64,000 nucleotides of DNA from Candidatus Dojkabacteria bacterium (GCA_040767225.1 JAXGOY010000003.1:2031-66030); one strand, 5' to 3'; positions 9,727 through 21,060 are shown, counted from the stretch's first letter. Program-made: numbers and translations. Notes: a model not told the origin generated them from the sequence alone.

Positions 9727-12333
9727 ATGGAATTTGATATAAAACAAACCCCAATGATGGATCAGTACCTGAAATTTAAGAAGCAGTATCCTGATAAGAT
9801 AGTGCTTTTTAGAATGGGGGATTTTTTTGAAACATTTGGACAAGATGCAAGAATAACATCTAAGGTACTTAACATTACACTTACTTCAAGGGATAAGAAC
9901 AGTAACCCTACTCCACTTGCAGGATTTCCTCATAAGGCAATTGATCAGTATCTTCCTAAACTTGTTCATGCTGGGTACTGTGTAGTTATTGTTGATCAGC
10001 TTGAAGATCCAAGGTTAGCAAAAGGTATTGTAAAAAGAGGAGTTACAAGGATAGTTACTCCAGCTACTATTGATGATTCTGAATCTATAAAAAGCAGCTA
10101 TATGTGTTCCTTTGTTAAGCTAAAAAATGAATTAGCTGCTTGTGTTTGTGATATGTCTACTGGGGATTTGTTTTGGATATATACAAAATATAGTGAAAAG
10201 AGTATTGAGAGTATTCTTTCTTCTTTTGATCCAGTTGAGATATTACTTTTAGAAGATGAAAAAGAGCTGGAGTTTTCTTCTCTGCCTGTTCAATTTTTAA
10301 CAAAAGGACTTAAAAATATTAAATATTGTGAGGAGTTAATTAAAGATTTCTTTAAGGTATCTGATATGCACTCACTTGGTTTGGAAGAAAATGTAGCAGC
10401 AATGTGTGCTGTTGCAATGGTTCTTTATTATATTCAAGATACTCAGTTGATGGAGCCTGCACATATTAAAAAACCAAAAAGGAGAAATCTTAATTCAAGT
10501 ATGGTACTGGATAGGGCAACAATAAAGAATTTAGAGTTGGTAGCGAGCTCATATACAGGTTTAGTATCTGGTTCTCTTTTTTCTGTGATAGATGGTACTT
10601 CAACACAAATGGGAAAGAGAATGCTCTATTCATGGGTACTAAACCCTTTGATTGATAAAAAGGATATAGATGGAAGATTGGATATTGTTGAGTTATTTTT
10701 TAATAATAGAGAAGCACTAAGTAAAACAAAAGAACTGCTTTCAAATGTAAATGATATTAGTAGAATAGCTGGAAAGATAGGGTTAAGAAGAGCGAATGGA
10801 AGAGAGTTAAAAGGGTTACAGATATCTTTGGAGAATATATCAAAATTAAGAACTATTCTGTTAGAAATCCCTGAAATATTAAAAGAGCTTGATAAATATG
10901 ATTCTCTCTTAAATGAAGTTATTAAAAAAATAGATGATTGTATTGTAGATGCTCCTCCTCTTACACTTCTTGAAGGAGGTATTATTAAATCTTCATACAA
11001 TTCTGAAATTAAAGAGTTAAGAGAGCTAAGTGGAGATAGTAAAGGATGGATAAAAGAATTTGAAGAAAAAGAGAAAAAGAGTACAGGGATTAGTAGTCTT
11101 AAAATTGGGTTTAATAAAGTGTTTGGCTATTATATTGAAGTAACTAAAGCTCATCAAGAGAAAGTTCCTGAGAGATATATAAGGAAACAGACATTAGTTA
11201 ATAGTGAGAGATATATAACAGAAGAGCTTAAACAAAAAGAGGATATTATACTAAATGCCCAAGAGAGATTAAATGAGTTAGAATATGAGCTGTTTACTGA
11301 GTTTAGAGACTCTTTAATGAAATATATACCAGAGCTTCAAAGTTTGTCCGAATATATTTCCGAAATTGATATACTCTCTGGATTTGCAAAAATTGCGATA
11401 GAAAGAGATTACTGTAAACCTGTTATTTATAATATGGGAGAAGAGAATGGAATAATTGAGATAAAATCAGGCAGACATCCCATTGTTGAAATCTTAAATG
11501 AGGGTGAGTTTATTTCCAATGATACATATATTGATTTTGATAATCATCTTATATCTATACTAACAGGTCCTAATATGTCAGGGAAGTCTACATATATAAG
11601 GCAGGTAGCTTCTTTAGTTTTGCTTGCACAGATAGGATGTTTTGTTCCTGCTAAGGGTATGAAGTTATCAATTGTTGATAGAGTATTTACAAGGGTTGGT
11701 GCATCAGATGACCTAGCACGAGGAAGAAGTACTTTTATGGTTGAAATGGATGAGGCTGCAAACATTGTAAATAGTGCAACAAAGTACAGTCTTGTTGTTC
11801 TTGATGAGATAGGAAGAGGTACAAGCACATATGATGGTGTAAGTATTGCGTGGGCATTAGCTGAGTATTTGGCAGATGACCTTAAAGTAAGAACTCTTTT
11901 TGCAACACACTATCACGAGCTTCTTAAACTAGCTGAGAAGTTTCCTGATAAAGTTAAAAATTACAATGTACTAGTTGAAGAAGATTTAGATGAAGGTACG
12001 GTAATATTTCTAAGAAAGATTGTTGAAGGGGGAACAGATAGAAGCTATGGAATATATGTTGCTAAAATGGCTGGACTTCCAGAGAAGGTTATTAAAAGAG
12101 CAAATGAGATATTAGAAGGTTTTGAGCAGGAGAAAATGTTTTCAAAGGAAGGAAATGTAGGTAATCATAGCATTGAGGTAAAAGAGAAGGAGAAAATACA
12201 AAGTACATATCAGCTCCCATTGTTTCTTGCTAAAGAGTCTGAAATAGAAAGAGAAATTCAATCTCTTAATGTTGATGACCTTACTCCACTTGAAGCATTA
12301 AATAAAATAAATGAATGGAAGAAAAAGATTTAA
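9727..12333 (+). CDS. mutS: DNA mismatch repair protein MutS
   Basis: TPMMDQY, FRMGDFFETF, TGPNMSGKSTY, STFMVEM, DEIGRGTST, FATHYHEL. Confidence 0.98.
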   Translation: MEFDIKQTPMMDQYLKFKKQYPDKIVLFRMGDFFETFGQDARITSKVLNITLTSRDKNSNPTPLAGFPHKAIDQYLPKLVHAGYCVVIVDQLEDPRLAKGIVKRGVTRIVTPATIDDSESIKSSYMCSFVKLKNELAACVCDMSTGDLFWIYTKYSEKSIESILSSFDPVEILLLEDEKELEFSSLPVQFLTKGLKNIKYCEELIKDFFKVSDMHSLGLEENVAAMCAVAMVLYYIQDTQLMEPAHIKKPKRRNLNSSMVLDRATIKNLELVASSYTGLVSGSLFSVIDGTSTQMGKRMLYSWVLNPLIDKKDIDGRLDIVELFFNNREALSKTKELLSNVNDISRIAGKIGLRRANGRELKGLQISLENISKLRTILLEIPEILKELDKYDSLLNEVIKKIDDCIVDAPPLTLLEGGIIKSSYNSEIKELRELSGDSKGWIKEFEEKEKKSTGISSLKIGFNKVFGYYIEVTKAHQEKVPERYIRKQTLVNSERYITEELKQKEDIILNAQERLNELEYELFTEFRDSLMKYIPELQSLSEYISEIDILSGFAKIAIERDYCKPVIYNMGEENGIIEIKSGRHPIVEILNEGEFISNDTYIDFDNHLISILTGPNMSGKSTYIRQVASLVLLAQIGCFVPAKGMKLSIVDRVFTRVGASDDLARGRSTFMVEMDEAANIVNSATKYSLVVLDEIGRGTSTYDGVSIAWALAEYLADDLKVRTLFATHYHELLKLAEKFPDKVKNYNVLVEEDLDEGTVIFLRKIVEGGTDRSYGIYVAKMAGLPEKVIKRANEILEGFEQEKMFSKEGNVGNHSIEVKEKEKIQSTYQLPLFLAKESEIEREIQSLNVDDLTPLEALNKINEWKKKI

Positions 12334-13015
12334 TATCGTAAAGTATATCCATAACCATATCTTGTTTTAAGAAAATCATATCCTGTTTGTATAACAACTT
12401 TTCTTCTTAATCTGTTTATACCTACAATAATACTTTTCTTTGATATGAGCCTGCCAGAAATTGTTGAAAAATATTTTGTAAAATCATCAGTATTACAAGC
12501 TCCTGAGTGAGTAAATAAATAGTTAAGAAAAATTGATTCACATTGTGTAAGTAAAACTTTTGTATTTTTAATGTACATTACCCTACTTTCTTGCACATAT
12601 GTAATATATTGAAATGTAAGTGCAGTTATATCTGTTATAGGTTTACAATTAAGTACTTTATTTATTCTGCACTCTATACTTTTATCTGAGTCATCTTGAA
12701 ATACAAAATCACACAATCCATTTGATATGCACTCTTGAACTATTTCTTTTTGTTGTGGAAGTACTGCAAATGTCTTTTGGTTTATATCTTTGCATTTAGA
12801 TATTACACCAAGGGTGTCTCTTGAGAATGGAGAAATATTAAGGCAAACAAGATCAAAGCTCTTTTGTTTAATAATGAGCTTGGCATTGCTATAGTCTGTT
12901 ACTTTAATGAAAGAAAATTGATTTGGGTACTTCTCTAGTACTCTTGATATCTTAATCCTGTTTTCGATTAAGAGTATATGTTCTATTTCTCTAAGGAAAT
13001 ATTTTAATGTAACAT
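12330..13015 (-). CDS. OmpR/PhoB-like regulator with atypical receiver domain; start codon out of frame
   Basis: Frame is open from 13025 to 12330: HILLIEN...FDLVCLNI receiver-like; C-terminal wHTH LTQCES...INRLRRKV...KTRYGYGYTL. Confidence 0.65.
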
Positions 13016-13025
13016 TGTAGGAATA

Positions 13026-14315
13026 TTAAACTATCTTTTGTATGGAATCTTCTTTCTTAATTAAGAAAGATTTTCCACTATTCATATCTTTAAGTTGGAT
13101 AACTCCCCTTTTTAACTCATCTTCTCCAAGTATTACTACCCATGGAATGTTTTTGCTATTGGCTACTTGAAGTTGTTTAGAGAGTTTGACAGGTGTAATT
13201 TGCATTACTGTATTTATGTTGTTATCTCTTAGGTATGTTGCAACTTCAGCTGTTGGGATATACAAAGAGCTGTCCATAAGGCTTACAAACACTTTTATAT
13301 CACTTTTATACTCAGGTAACAGATTATATTTTTTAAGAAAATCAAAAGTAGTAATATCTCCCCATCCTAAACCAAATGCAGGTATTTTGTTTTCATTAAA
13401 TATCTCAAGTAAGTTGTCATATCTTCCTCCTCCAAACATTGCCCTAGGTGTATCTTTTTGTCCTATATCATAAAGTTCTATTACAGTACCTGTATAATAT
13501 GCAAGACCTCTTACAATATATGGACAAAATACTACATTTGAAATAGAAAGAGCTTTTAATTTTGAGAAAAGCTCAGTAAGTTGTTGAGCACCAATAGACT
13601 CATCTTTTATTTTATCAAGTTTTTGTATATCCCACTTTGTATACTCAATTACTTGAGATACTTGTGTATTATTAAGCCCAATTTCTGCAAGATACTCTTT
13701 AAAATCATTAGCAGACATCTTTAGATAGTTATCCAAAGCCCTCGCTACCTTAACTCTTAATTCTTTTGAAATTTGAAGTGTATCAAAAAGATAATCTAAG
13801 AGATATCGATTACTTACCTTTATTTCAAAGCTGTTTTTAGGAGCATTAAGCTCTTTCATTACATCTAGAGCAAACTGTATTATTTCTACCTCTGCAGTAA
13901 TATCTTGTACTCCTAAGATGTCAATATTTAATTGAAAGAACTCTCTTTTTCTTCCCTTTTGTGGCTTTTCATATCTAAAATATCTCCCAATATTAAACCA
14001 TCTAAGAGGAAATTGTAATTCATTCTTTTTTAATGCAACCATTCTAGCCAAAGAAGGTGTCATTTCAGGTCTTAATGCGATTTCTCTACCACCCTTGTCT
14101 GTAAAGTTGTAAAGCTGGCTTCCACCTAGCTCTTCACCTGATTTAACTCTATAAAGGTTTGCATCTTCAAGTTGTGCAGTATCATACTCTTCATAGCCAT
14201 ATTTTTTTGCGACTTTTGTCCATATATCAAAGAGATAATTTCTTAAAAACATGTCTTTAGGATACCAATCAGTTGTTCCTTTATATGGTTGTTTTGATAG
14301 TATATTGTTTTTCAT
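13026..14315 (-). CDS. hisS: Histidine--tRNA ligase
   Basis: LRPEMTPS, FRYEKPQKGRKREFFQ, RGLAYYTG, GGGRYD. Confidence 0.97.
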   Translation of the reverse strand: MKNNILSKQPYKGTTDWYPKDMFLRNYLFDIWTKVAKKYGYEEYDTAQLEDANLYRVKSGEELGGSQLYNFTDKGGREIALRPEMTPSLARMVALKKNELQFPLRWFNIGRYFRYEKPQKGRKREFFQLNIDILGVQDITAEVEIIQFALDVMKELNAPKNSFEIKVSNRYLLDYLFDTLQISKELRVKVARALDNYLKMSANDFKEYLAEIGLNNTQVSQVIEYTKWDIQKLDKIKDESIGAQQLTELFSKLKALSISNVVFCPYIVRGLAYYTGTVIELYDIGQKDTPRAMFGGGRYDNLLEIFNENKIPAFGLGWGDITTFDFLKKYNLLPEYKSDIKVFVSLMDSSLYIPTAEVATYLRDNNINTVMQITPVKLSKQLQVANSKNIPWVVILGEDELKRGVIQLKDMNSGKSFLIKKEDSIQKIV

Positions 14316-14321
14316 TTTTCA

Positions 14322-14330
14322 ATTATATCA
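14322..14330 (-). promoter_or_regulatory. Extended -10 box (TGATATAAT) for hisS
   Basis: 6 nt upstream of the hisS ATG. Confidence 0.65.
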
Positions 14331-14383
14331 TCTTCGCTACTTTATTGAATATTGGAGATAAATAATATATATTAGGAGAGAGT

Positions 14384-17104
14384 ATGAAATATAGTATGAA
14401 TGCATCAAAAGCTAAAAAACAAGGGCGAAGGGTTACATATACAAACAAGCCTATTTCTTTAAGTAACTATAACAGGATAAAGATGTATAGTAGTAAGAAT
14501 GCTGGAAAGAAATCAAAAGGAAAGGTATCAGGGCTAAGTAAAAAGAAAACGAAATCTAACAAGGGGAAAAAGTTTTTATATATATTTCTTGGTGTTTGTT
14601 TTTTTATACTTTGTGCAGGTCTTATTACAGTAGGAATATACCTAAAGAATCTTCAGAACTCTCTTCCATCCCCTGATGAACTTATCTCAAGAAGGTCTGA
14701 TGAGAGTACTAAGATATATGATAGAAATAATGTTTTACTGTATACAGTGTATGGTGATCAAAATAGGGAATTTGTCTCAATAGAGGATATTCCTGAGCAT
14801 ACTAAGTGGGCTGTGCTAGCAGCTGAGGATATTGAATTTTATCAGCACAAAGGTTTGGATTATGCGGGGATAGCAAAAGCTTTGTACCAAAATCTTACAA
14901 AAGGAGAAATTGTAAGAGGTGCAAGTACAATTACTCAACAATTAGTAAAGGGAACACTTCTGTATGATATTCTTGGTGAAGAGGCATATGCACAAACATA
15001 TTCAAGGAAGATTAAAGAGATATTAATTACCATGCAGGTTGAGCAGACTTTTACAAAGGATGAGATTTTGCAGATGTATATGAATGAAATTCCTCTTGGG
15101 GGTGTTAATTATGGTTTTCAGGCAGCTTCAAAAGCATATTTTGGAAAGGATGTAAAAGATCTTACTCTTGCTGAAAGTGCATTAATTGCTGGCCTTATAC
15201 AAAGTCCGGGTATATATTCTCCTCTCTTTGGTACTAAGCCAGAGCTAGCGAAGGTTAGACAGACATATGTACTTGACCAGATGCTTAAGCATAAAGAGTT
15301 AACTGGTGTAACAGAAGAAGAGATTCAAAAAGCTAAGGAGGAGGAATTGGTATATAGAACTGCGAAGATAGATATTAAAGCTCCTCATTTTGTCTTTTAC
15401 ATTAAACAGCTGCTGGAAGATAAATATGGTATTGATAGGGTTGAGAGAGGAGGACTTAAAGTTACTACTTCGTTAGATTATTCTGTTCAGCAGATAGCTG
15501 AAGATGAAGTTACAAAAGGTATATCAAAGAATGGCGTGCCAAGAGGAGTGCATAATGGCGCTGCAGTAGTTATGAATCCGAAAACGGGTGAAGTTCTGGC
15601 GATGGTAGGCTCTGTAGATTTTTGGAATACAACAGACCCAAGAGTAGACGGGAATGTAAATGTTGCGACAAGTGAAAGGCAGTATGGTTCTTCTGCTAAA
15701 CCGTACACATATCTTGCTTCTTTTGGAAAAGGGTTTAGTCCTGGTACACTTGCACCTGATATTCCAATGAGTTTTGGTAAATATGCTCCTAAAGATTGGG
15801 ATGGACAGTTTGAGGGAGTTGGTACACTAAGAAGAAATTTTGGGAGATCCAGAAATGTCTCTGCTGTGTATGTCCTCCAAGCAATTGGTGTTGAGCCATT
15901 GCTTCAATTAACAGAAAAGCTTGGTATTACAACATTAAAAAACAAAGCTAATTATGGATTATCTCTTGCACTTGGATCAGGTGAAATGAAATTGATTGAG
16001 CATACTGCAGCATTTACTGTATTTGCTAATGAGGGTATTAAAAACCCTACAGTAACAATACTTAAAGTAGAAGATTCTAAGGGGAATGTACTGGAAGAGG
16101 CAAAATTTGAAGAGGGTACACGAGTAGTTGATGAAAAAGAAATATATCTTCTTAATTATGTATTGTGTGATTTAGGAGGATTTGGTGACAGATTAGGTAT
16201 AAGCTACTCAAGAGTTAATGGGAAGAATGTATGCTTTAAGACAGGTACAACAGATGGTCCAAGAGATTTAGCTACTATGATGTATCATAAAAACCTTGTT
16301 GTCGGTGTATGGACTGGAAATAATAATAATGCGATTGCAAGAAATGCAACAAGCACTGCGGTACCTCTTCCAATTGCATATGGTATAACAAAAAGACTTG
16401 CTGATGTTTATAAACCAGAGCTATTTACAAGGCCAGCAGGAATAGTATCGACAGCAGTATGTAAGGATACAGGCGGTATACCAGCAGAGGGTGTTACATG
16501 CGATAAAGAGGCCAGTATATATATTGCAGGCCGTGCTCCTCAAACAGATAATAGACAGGTTGTTGAAGTGTGTAAATCAAATGGATTAATTCCTACTAAT
16601 CTAGAGGCTGCAAGGCAGTATGGGCTTGTAGAACAGAAGGTATTGCTTACATTTAAGATAGAAAATAAATTACAACAAGCTACATATGAGAAATATATGA
16701 CTGAGAATGCAGGTTATTTATTTACTATGCCTGAAAGCGGAGAGTGTCCACTACCATTGGGACAGGATAATGCACCAGTAGTTGAGTTAACTAGCCCTGC
16801 TGATGGCAGTGTATTTAAGCAAAGTGATACTATGACAATATCAGGTAGTGTTAGACAGCTTGAAACAATTACTGAGTTTACTATTTCTATTGATGGTGTT
16901 CCGATACCCGGAGTTGCACTTAATGCTGGACAATTTAATGTTACTAAGCCCTTATCATCTGTGTCAGTTGGGAGTCATGTACTGCTTGTTAGTGCAAAAG
17001 ACAACTATGGTAAAATTGGGACAAAATCAATAACATTTAAAGTTGAGCAAGCACCTGTAACCCCTCCTGTTGTTCCTCCTGTGCAAATACCAAATGCTCA
17101 CTAA
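14384..17104 (+). CDS. Class A bifunctional penicillin-binding protein (PBP1A family) with C-terminal Ig-like domain
   Basis: GT motifs AAED..FYQH, GASTITQQLVK, RKIKE; TP motifs SSAK, SRN, KTGT. Confidence 0.95.
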   Translation: MKYSMNASKAKKQGRRVTYTNKPISLSNYNRIKMYSSKNAGKKSKGKVSGLSKKKTKSNKGKKFLYIFLGVCFFILCAGLITVGIYLKNLQNSLPSPDELISRRSDESTKIYDRNNVLLYTVYGDQNREFVSIEDIPEHTKWAVLAAEDIEFYQHKGLDYAGIAKALYQNLTKGEIVRGASTITQQLVKGTLLYDILGEEAYAQTYSRKIKEILITMQVEQTFTKDEILQMYMNEIPLGGVNYGFQAASKAYFGKDVKDLTLAESALIAGLIQSPGIYSPLFGTKPELAKVRQTYVLDQMLKHKELTGVTEEEIQKAKEEELVYRTAKIDIKAPHFVFYIKQLLEDKYGIDRVERGGLKVTTSLDYSVQQIAEDEVTKGISKNGVPRGVHNGAAVVMNPKTGEVLAMVGSVDFWNTTDPRVDGNVNVATSERQYGSSAKPYTYLASFGKGFSPGTLAPDIPMSFGKYAPKDWDGQFEGVGTLRRNFGRSRNVSAVYVLQAIGVEPLLQLTEKLGITTLKNKANYGLSLALGSGEMKLIEHTAAFTVFANEGIKNPTVTILKVEDSKGNVLEEAKFEEGTRVVDEKEIYLLNYVLCDLGGFGDRLGISYSRVNGKNVCFKTGTTDGPRDLATMMYHKNLVVGVWTGNNNNAIARNATSTAVPLPIAYGITKRLADVYKPELFTRPAGIVSTAVCKDTGGIPAEGVTCDKEASIYIAGRAPQTDNRQVVEVCKSNGLIPTNLEAARQYGLVEQKVLLTFKIENKLQQATYEKYMTENAGYLFTMPESGECPLPLGQDNAPVVELTSPADGSVFKQSDTMTISGSVRQLETITEFTISIDGVPIPGVALNAGQFNVTKPLSSVSVGSHVLLVSAKDNYGKIGTKSITFKVEQAPVTPPVVPPVQIPNAH

Positions 17105-19572
17105 AGATTTTTAATTCTTTCTTCTATCTTCTCTCTTATCTTTCCAAATTCTTTATCGCTTAATGTTTTATTTTGATGTTCAATAGTAATTCTTAAAGTG
17201 ACATTTTTAGAGTGTTCTGATTTCTGATAAATATCAATACACTCTATTGTAGCTACTCTATCTCTTGTGTTTATAATCTGTAGCACACTGTTTTCTATAT
17301 CGCAGTACTTTATAGAACTTGGAACTGTAAAGCAAACATCCTGTGATATGGAAGGAAACTTAGAATCAAAAACTCTTATTGTTTTAGGTTTAATTATCTT
17401 GAGCAACTCCTCAAGATTTATTTCAACAGCAGCTGTAAAATCAGGAAGCTTAAAATTGTTTTTTACCTCATAATCTATGTCCCCTATTATCCCTATTATA
17501 CTTTCTGTCCCATCTGTATGATATTTTATTAATGCAGATTGATTAGGATTAAAGGTAGGGATAATACATTTTATCCATATTGGTAAATCCGTTTGAGAGG
17601 ATAATGAGACAAGTTCATATGAGATATTCTCTATTCCTATTGAATTAAATATTTTCTCTGCATATCTTTTTATTTGATAATATGGACTCCCATTTATGAA
17701 CTTTTCTTTTGATGAGAATACCATTGATAAATGCCAATCCTCTTTTGGAAGCTGAAAGTTATCCATATATCCTTTTTGATGAGGAATATTAAATTCATAT
17801 ATACACAATGGGGAAATATTTTTTTGAATATTCTCCTTAGCCTTTTGCAAAAGTGAGGTAAGTATTGAGATTCTCATAAACTCAAGTTCTGGAGATAGGG
17901 CATTCTTAATATGGTATGCAAAGTTTGGATCTTGTTTTGCACCTAACAATGTTTCTTTGCCTGTAAAGCTGTAAGTATCAAGTTCATTGCAACCACTGTA
18001 TGTTAAGATATTTCTTATCTTTTCTTTTAATGCAATCTTTTCATTTAATACTACTGCATTTATCTCTCTTGTAGGGAGTTTAGGTAAAATGTTTTCATAT
18101 CCATATATTCTTCCTACATCTTCATATATATCTTCAGGAATAGAGATATCAGTTCTAAATACTGGTGGAATTATAGTGATATACTCATCATCTTCTTTTG
18201 TAATTTCATACTCAATATTTAAAAGGATATTCTTAATTTCCTCTTTTGACAGATTAGTTCCTAAGTGTGAATTTAATCTAGATACTGATAGGGACAGTTT
18301 TTTAGGTTTTGTAGGTTCAGGATATATATCAATGACATTAGATGCCACTTCCCCATTGGCAAGTTCTTGTACAAGTTCTGCAGCTTTGAGCAAAATTGGA
18401 AGACATAGCTGTGGAGCTTGTCCTCTTGTAAATCTTGTTACAGCCTCAGTGAATATGCCGAGTTCCATTGAAGTTTTTCTGATACTGTACTTGTTAAAAT
18501 TGGCACTCTCAATAATGATATTCTTTGTATTGTTATCTACTTGTGTATCAATGCTCCCTATTACTCCTGCAATGGCAATAGGATTAGTTGAGTCTGCTAT
18601 AACTAGATTATCTTCACTAAGCTCTACAATATTTCCTTCTAGTGTGTGAATTCTCTCACCGTTTTTTGCGAGTCTAACTGTAATATGAGCAGTACCATCT
18701 TTTGTTAAATCATTCTCTACCAGTTTGTCATAATCAAAAGCATGAAGAGGCTGAGCTGTAATAACTGATAAGTAATTTGTAATATCTACTACATTGTTTA
18801 TTGGTTTTATTCCTGATTTAAGAAGTACTGATTTCATCCACACTGGTGACTCTTTAATTTGGATATTTTTGATTGCAACACATGTATATCTAGGACATAG
18901 GTTTTGCATTTGATTATCAACTTTAATTGGGAGAGTTTCTTTTACATTTATATCTGATGTTGTTTTCAGATACCACTCTGGACTTTTGAATAGGATATTT
19001 TGAGCTGCAGATATCTCTCTTGCTAAACCAAGAATTCCAAATAGATCTCCTCTGTTTGTAAGTGCTTTATTCTCTATATCTACTACTACATCATCAAATT
19101 GATAATACTGAGCAAAGGGAACTCCAACAGGAGCATCTTCTTCTAGTACCAGTACATGTGTATCATCTGGGCCAATATTTAGCTCTTTTTGAGAACATAA
19201 CATTCCATTTGATGCTATGCCTCTCATATTTACAGCTTTAATTTTAACAGGCTGTGATGTTGCATAGCTGTATGGAACGATGTGTCCAACAGTTATATAT
19301 GCTACCTTATCACCTACCTTTAAACTTTTGTCTCCCGCTACTACCTGAATTTCTTTTTCTTCCCCTATATTTATCATATACACTCCTAATTTGTCTGCAT
19401 TAGGATGATCTTCTTTTTTTGTAATTTGAGCAATAACAATACCTTCATACATCTTTGAAAAATCTGTTACCTCTTCAACCTCTCCTATCTTTGTTGAAAT
19501 TATATTTACTATCTCTTCTGTACTTAGTGTACATTTACTAAACTCTTTTATACTCTTAATAGGTAATTTCAT
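17101..19572 (-). CDS. pheT: Phenylalanine--tRNA ligase beta subunit
   Basis: HPNADKL, NRGD, INNVVDITNY, QPLHAFD; adjacent to pheS. Confidence 0.97.
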   Translation of the reverse strand: MKLPIKSIKEFSKCTLSTEEIVNIISTKIGEVEEVTDFSKMYEGIVIAQITKKEDHPNADKLGVYMINIGEEKEIQVVAGDKSLKVGDKVAYITVGHIVPYSYATSQPVKIKAVNMRGIASNGMLCSQKELNIGPDDTHVLVLEEDAPVGVPFAQYYQFDDVVVDIENKALTNRGDLFGILGLAREISAAQNILFKSPEWYLKTTSDINVKETLPIKVDNQMQNLCPRYTCVAIKNIQIKESPVWMKSVLLKSGIKPINNVVDITNYLSVITAQPLHAFDYDKLVENDLTKDGTAHITVRLAKNGERIHTLEGNIVELSEDNLVIADSTNPIAIAGVIGSIDTQVDNNTKNIIIESANFNKYSIRKTSMELGIFTEAVTRFTRGQAPQLCLPILLKAAELVQELANGEVASNVIDIYPEPTKPKKLSLSVSRLNSHLGTNLSKEEIKNILLNIEYEITKEDDEYITIIPPVFRTDISIPEDIYEDVGRIYGYENILPKLPTREINAVVLNEKIALKEKIRNILTYSGCNELDTYSFTGKETLLGAKQDPNFAYHIKNALSPELEFMRISILTSLLQKAKENIQKNISPLCIYEFNIPHQKGYMDNFQLPKEDWHLSMVFSSKEKFINGSPYYQIKRYAEKIFNSIGIENISYELVSLSSQTDLPIWIKCIIPTFNPNQSALIKYHTDGTESIIGIIGDIDYEVKNNFKLPDFTAAVEINLEELLKIIKPKTIRVFDSKFPSISQDVCFTVPSSIKYCDIENSVLQIINTRDRVATIECIDIYQKSEHSKNVTLRITIEHQNKTLSDKEFGKIREKIEERIKNL

Positions 19573-19575
19573 ATA

Positions 19576-20604
19576 TTAAAACTGTCTTAAGAAATTAATA
19601 TCTCCATCTCTTAGTTTACGAATATCAGTTATTTTTCTTTTAATCGCAACAAGCCTATCTACCCCTACTCCCCATGCAAAACCAGTATACTTTTCTGGAT
19701 CTATTCCTCCTGCAGTTAAAACATTAGGGTGAATCATTCCACATCCCATTAATTCTATCCATCCGCTATATCCGCATGTACTACATCCTTTCTTTTTACA
19801 AAATGGACAGCTTATTACAAATTCGGTATCAGGTTCTGTAAATGGAAAATATGCAGGCTGCATTTTAATTTCAAGTTTTGTTTCAAGGTATTTTTCTAAA
19901 TACTCTTTTATTGTTGCCTGCATATTACTCATTGATATATTTTCATCTACATATATTCCCTCTATTTGATAGAAGGTGTGTTCATGACTTGCATCAGTTG
20001 CTTCATTTCTAAAACATCTCCCTGGGAGTACTACTCTAATAGGGGGAGGAGCAAATCTTCTTAAAGCTCTGTTTTGCATTGTAGAGGTATGTGCAGGAAG
20101 TACAAAATTTTCATCTGTCCAAAATGTATCATACATATCTCTGGCAGGGTGTCCTTTTGGAAAGTTTAAACTTTCAAACATATGAAAGTCATCATCTATT
20201 TGTCTGCTTTCAAGAACATCAAATCCCATACTTGTAAATATATCAAGCATTTTTTTAAGTTCTTGTGCAATTGGATGAGAAGAACCTTTTAAATCTAATA
20301 TCCTTGGTCTTTTTTGACTATCAGTATTAATATCAAATGGTGCAGTTGGATCTATCGTTCTCTTAAATTCTTCATTGTGAATTTCTGTAGATTTGTTTGT
20401 TATTCTCTCCTCAATTTCTTTTTTCATTCTATTAAGTTCAATTCCATACTCTTTTCTTTTTGTAACTTCTACATTCTTGATATCCTTAAACATTAAAGTA
20501 ATTATTCCATTGGGAGAGAGATACTTTTGTTTTAGCTGCTCTGCCGTAAGTGAGGAAATGTCTTCAAGTAAAGATTTTTTAATATCATCTAGATTGTACT
20601 CCAT
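19576..20604 (-). CDS. pheS: Phenylalanine--tRNA ligase alpha subunit
   Basis: HPARDMYDTF, YFPFTEP, GCGMIHP, GFAWGVGVDRL. Confidence 0.97.
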   Translation of the reverse strand: MEYNLDDIKKSLLEDISSLTAEQLKQKYLSPNGIITLMFKDIKNVEVTKRKEYGIELNRMKKEIEERITNKSTEIHNEEFKRTIDPTAPFDINTDSQKRPRILDLKGSSHPIAQELKKMLDIFTSMGFDVLESRQIDDDFHMFESLNFPKGHPARDMYDTFWTDENFVLPAHTSTMQNRALRRFAPPPIRVVLPGRCFRNEATDASHEHTFYQIEGIYVDENISMSNMQATIKEYLEKYLETKLEIKMQPAYFPFTEPDTEFVISCPFCKKKGCSTCGYSGWIELMGCGMIHPNVLTAGGIDPEKYTGFAWGVGVDRLVAIKRKITDIRKLRDGDINFLRQF

Positions 20605-20664
20605 TTTAAAAATGTAAGAATATTATCTTAAAAGTATACAATATTATGTTTTAAAGATTAAGTT

Positions 20665-20693
20665 AAAACAAAAAGACTTAGTAAAAAGTCTTT
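20665..20693 (-). terminator. Probable intrinsic terminator after rplT
   Basis: AAAGACTT/AAGTCTTT inverted repeat with T-rich tail on the minus strand. Confidence 0.55.
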
Positions 20694-20715
20694 AAAATGT
20701 ATATATTTGCAGGAG

Positions 20716-21054
20716 TTATATAGATTTAATAATAAAGGAGAAAACCTCAGGTTCGTTTACTGCTATATCAGACAGTACTTTTCTATTTAATTCAATATTC
20801 TTTTTCTTTAATCCACTAATTAAAGTATTGTATTGAATCCCATTGTTTTTACATGCAGCATTAAGTCTTGATATCCATACCTGTCTAAATTGCCCTGCTC
20901 TTTTTCTTCTATCATTGTACGAGTATTGTCCTGCATGCATTGCTGACTCATGAGCAACCTTGTACAGTTTGCTTTTAGTCATTCTATATCCTTTAGTCTT
21001 TGCTAAAACTTTATTATGTCTTCTTTTTCTTGTTGTCCCAGTTTTAGTTCTCAT
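20716..21054 (-). CDS. rplT: 50S ribosomal protein L20
   Basis: KGYR, YNDRRKR, WISRLNAA, LNRKVLSDIA. Confidence 0.97.
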   Translation of the reverse strand: MRTKTGTTRKRRHNKVLAKTKGYRMTKSKLYKVAHESAMHAGQYSYNDRRKRAGQFRQVWISRLNAACKNNGIQYNTLISGLKKKNIELNRKVLSDIAVNEPEVFSFIIKSI

Positions 21055-21060
21055 AATCTG

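Noticed and set aside
13023-13028. Stop-codon readthrough producing a HisS-regulator fusion
   Set aside because: TAA is rarely read through; in-frame adjacency has a one-in-three chance and a one-base indel explains the missing start more simply
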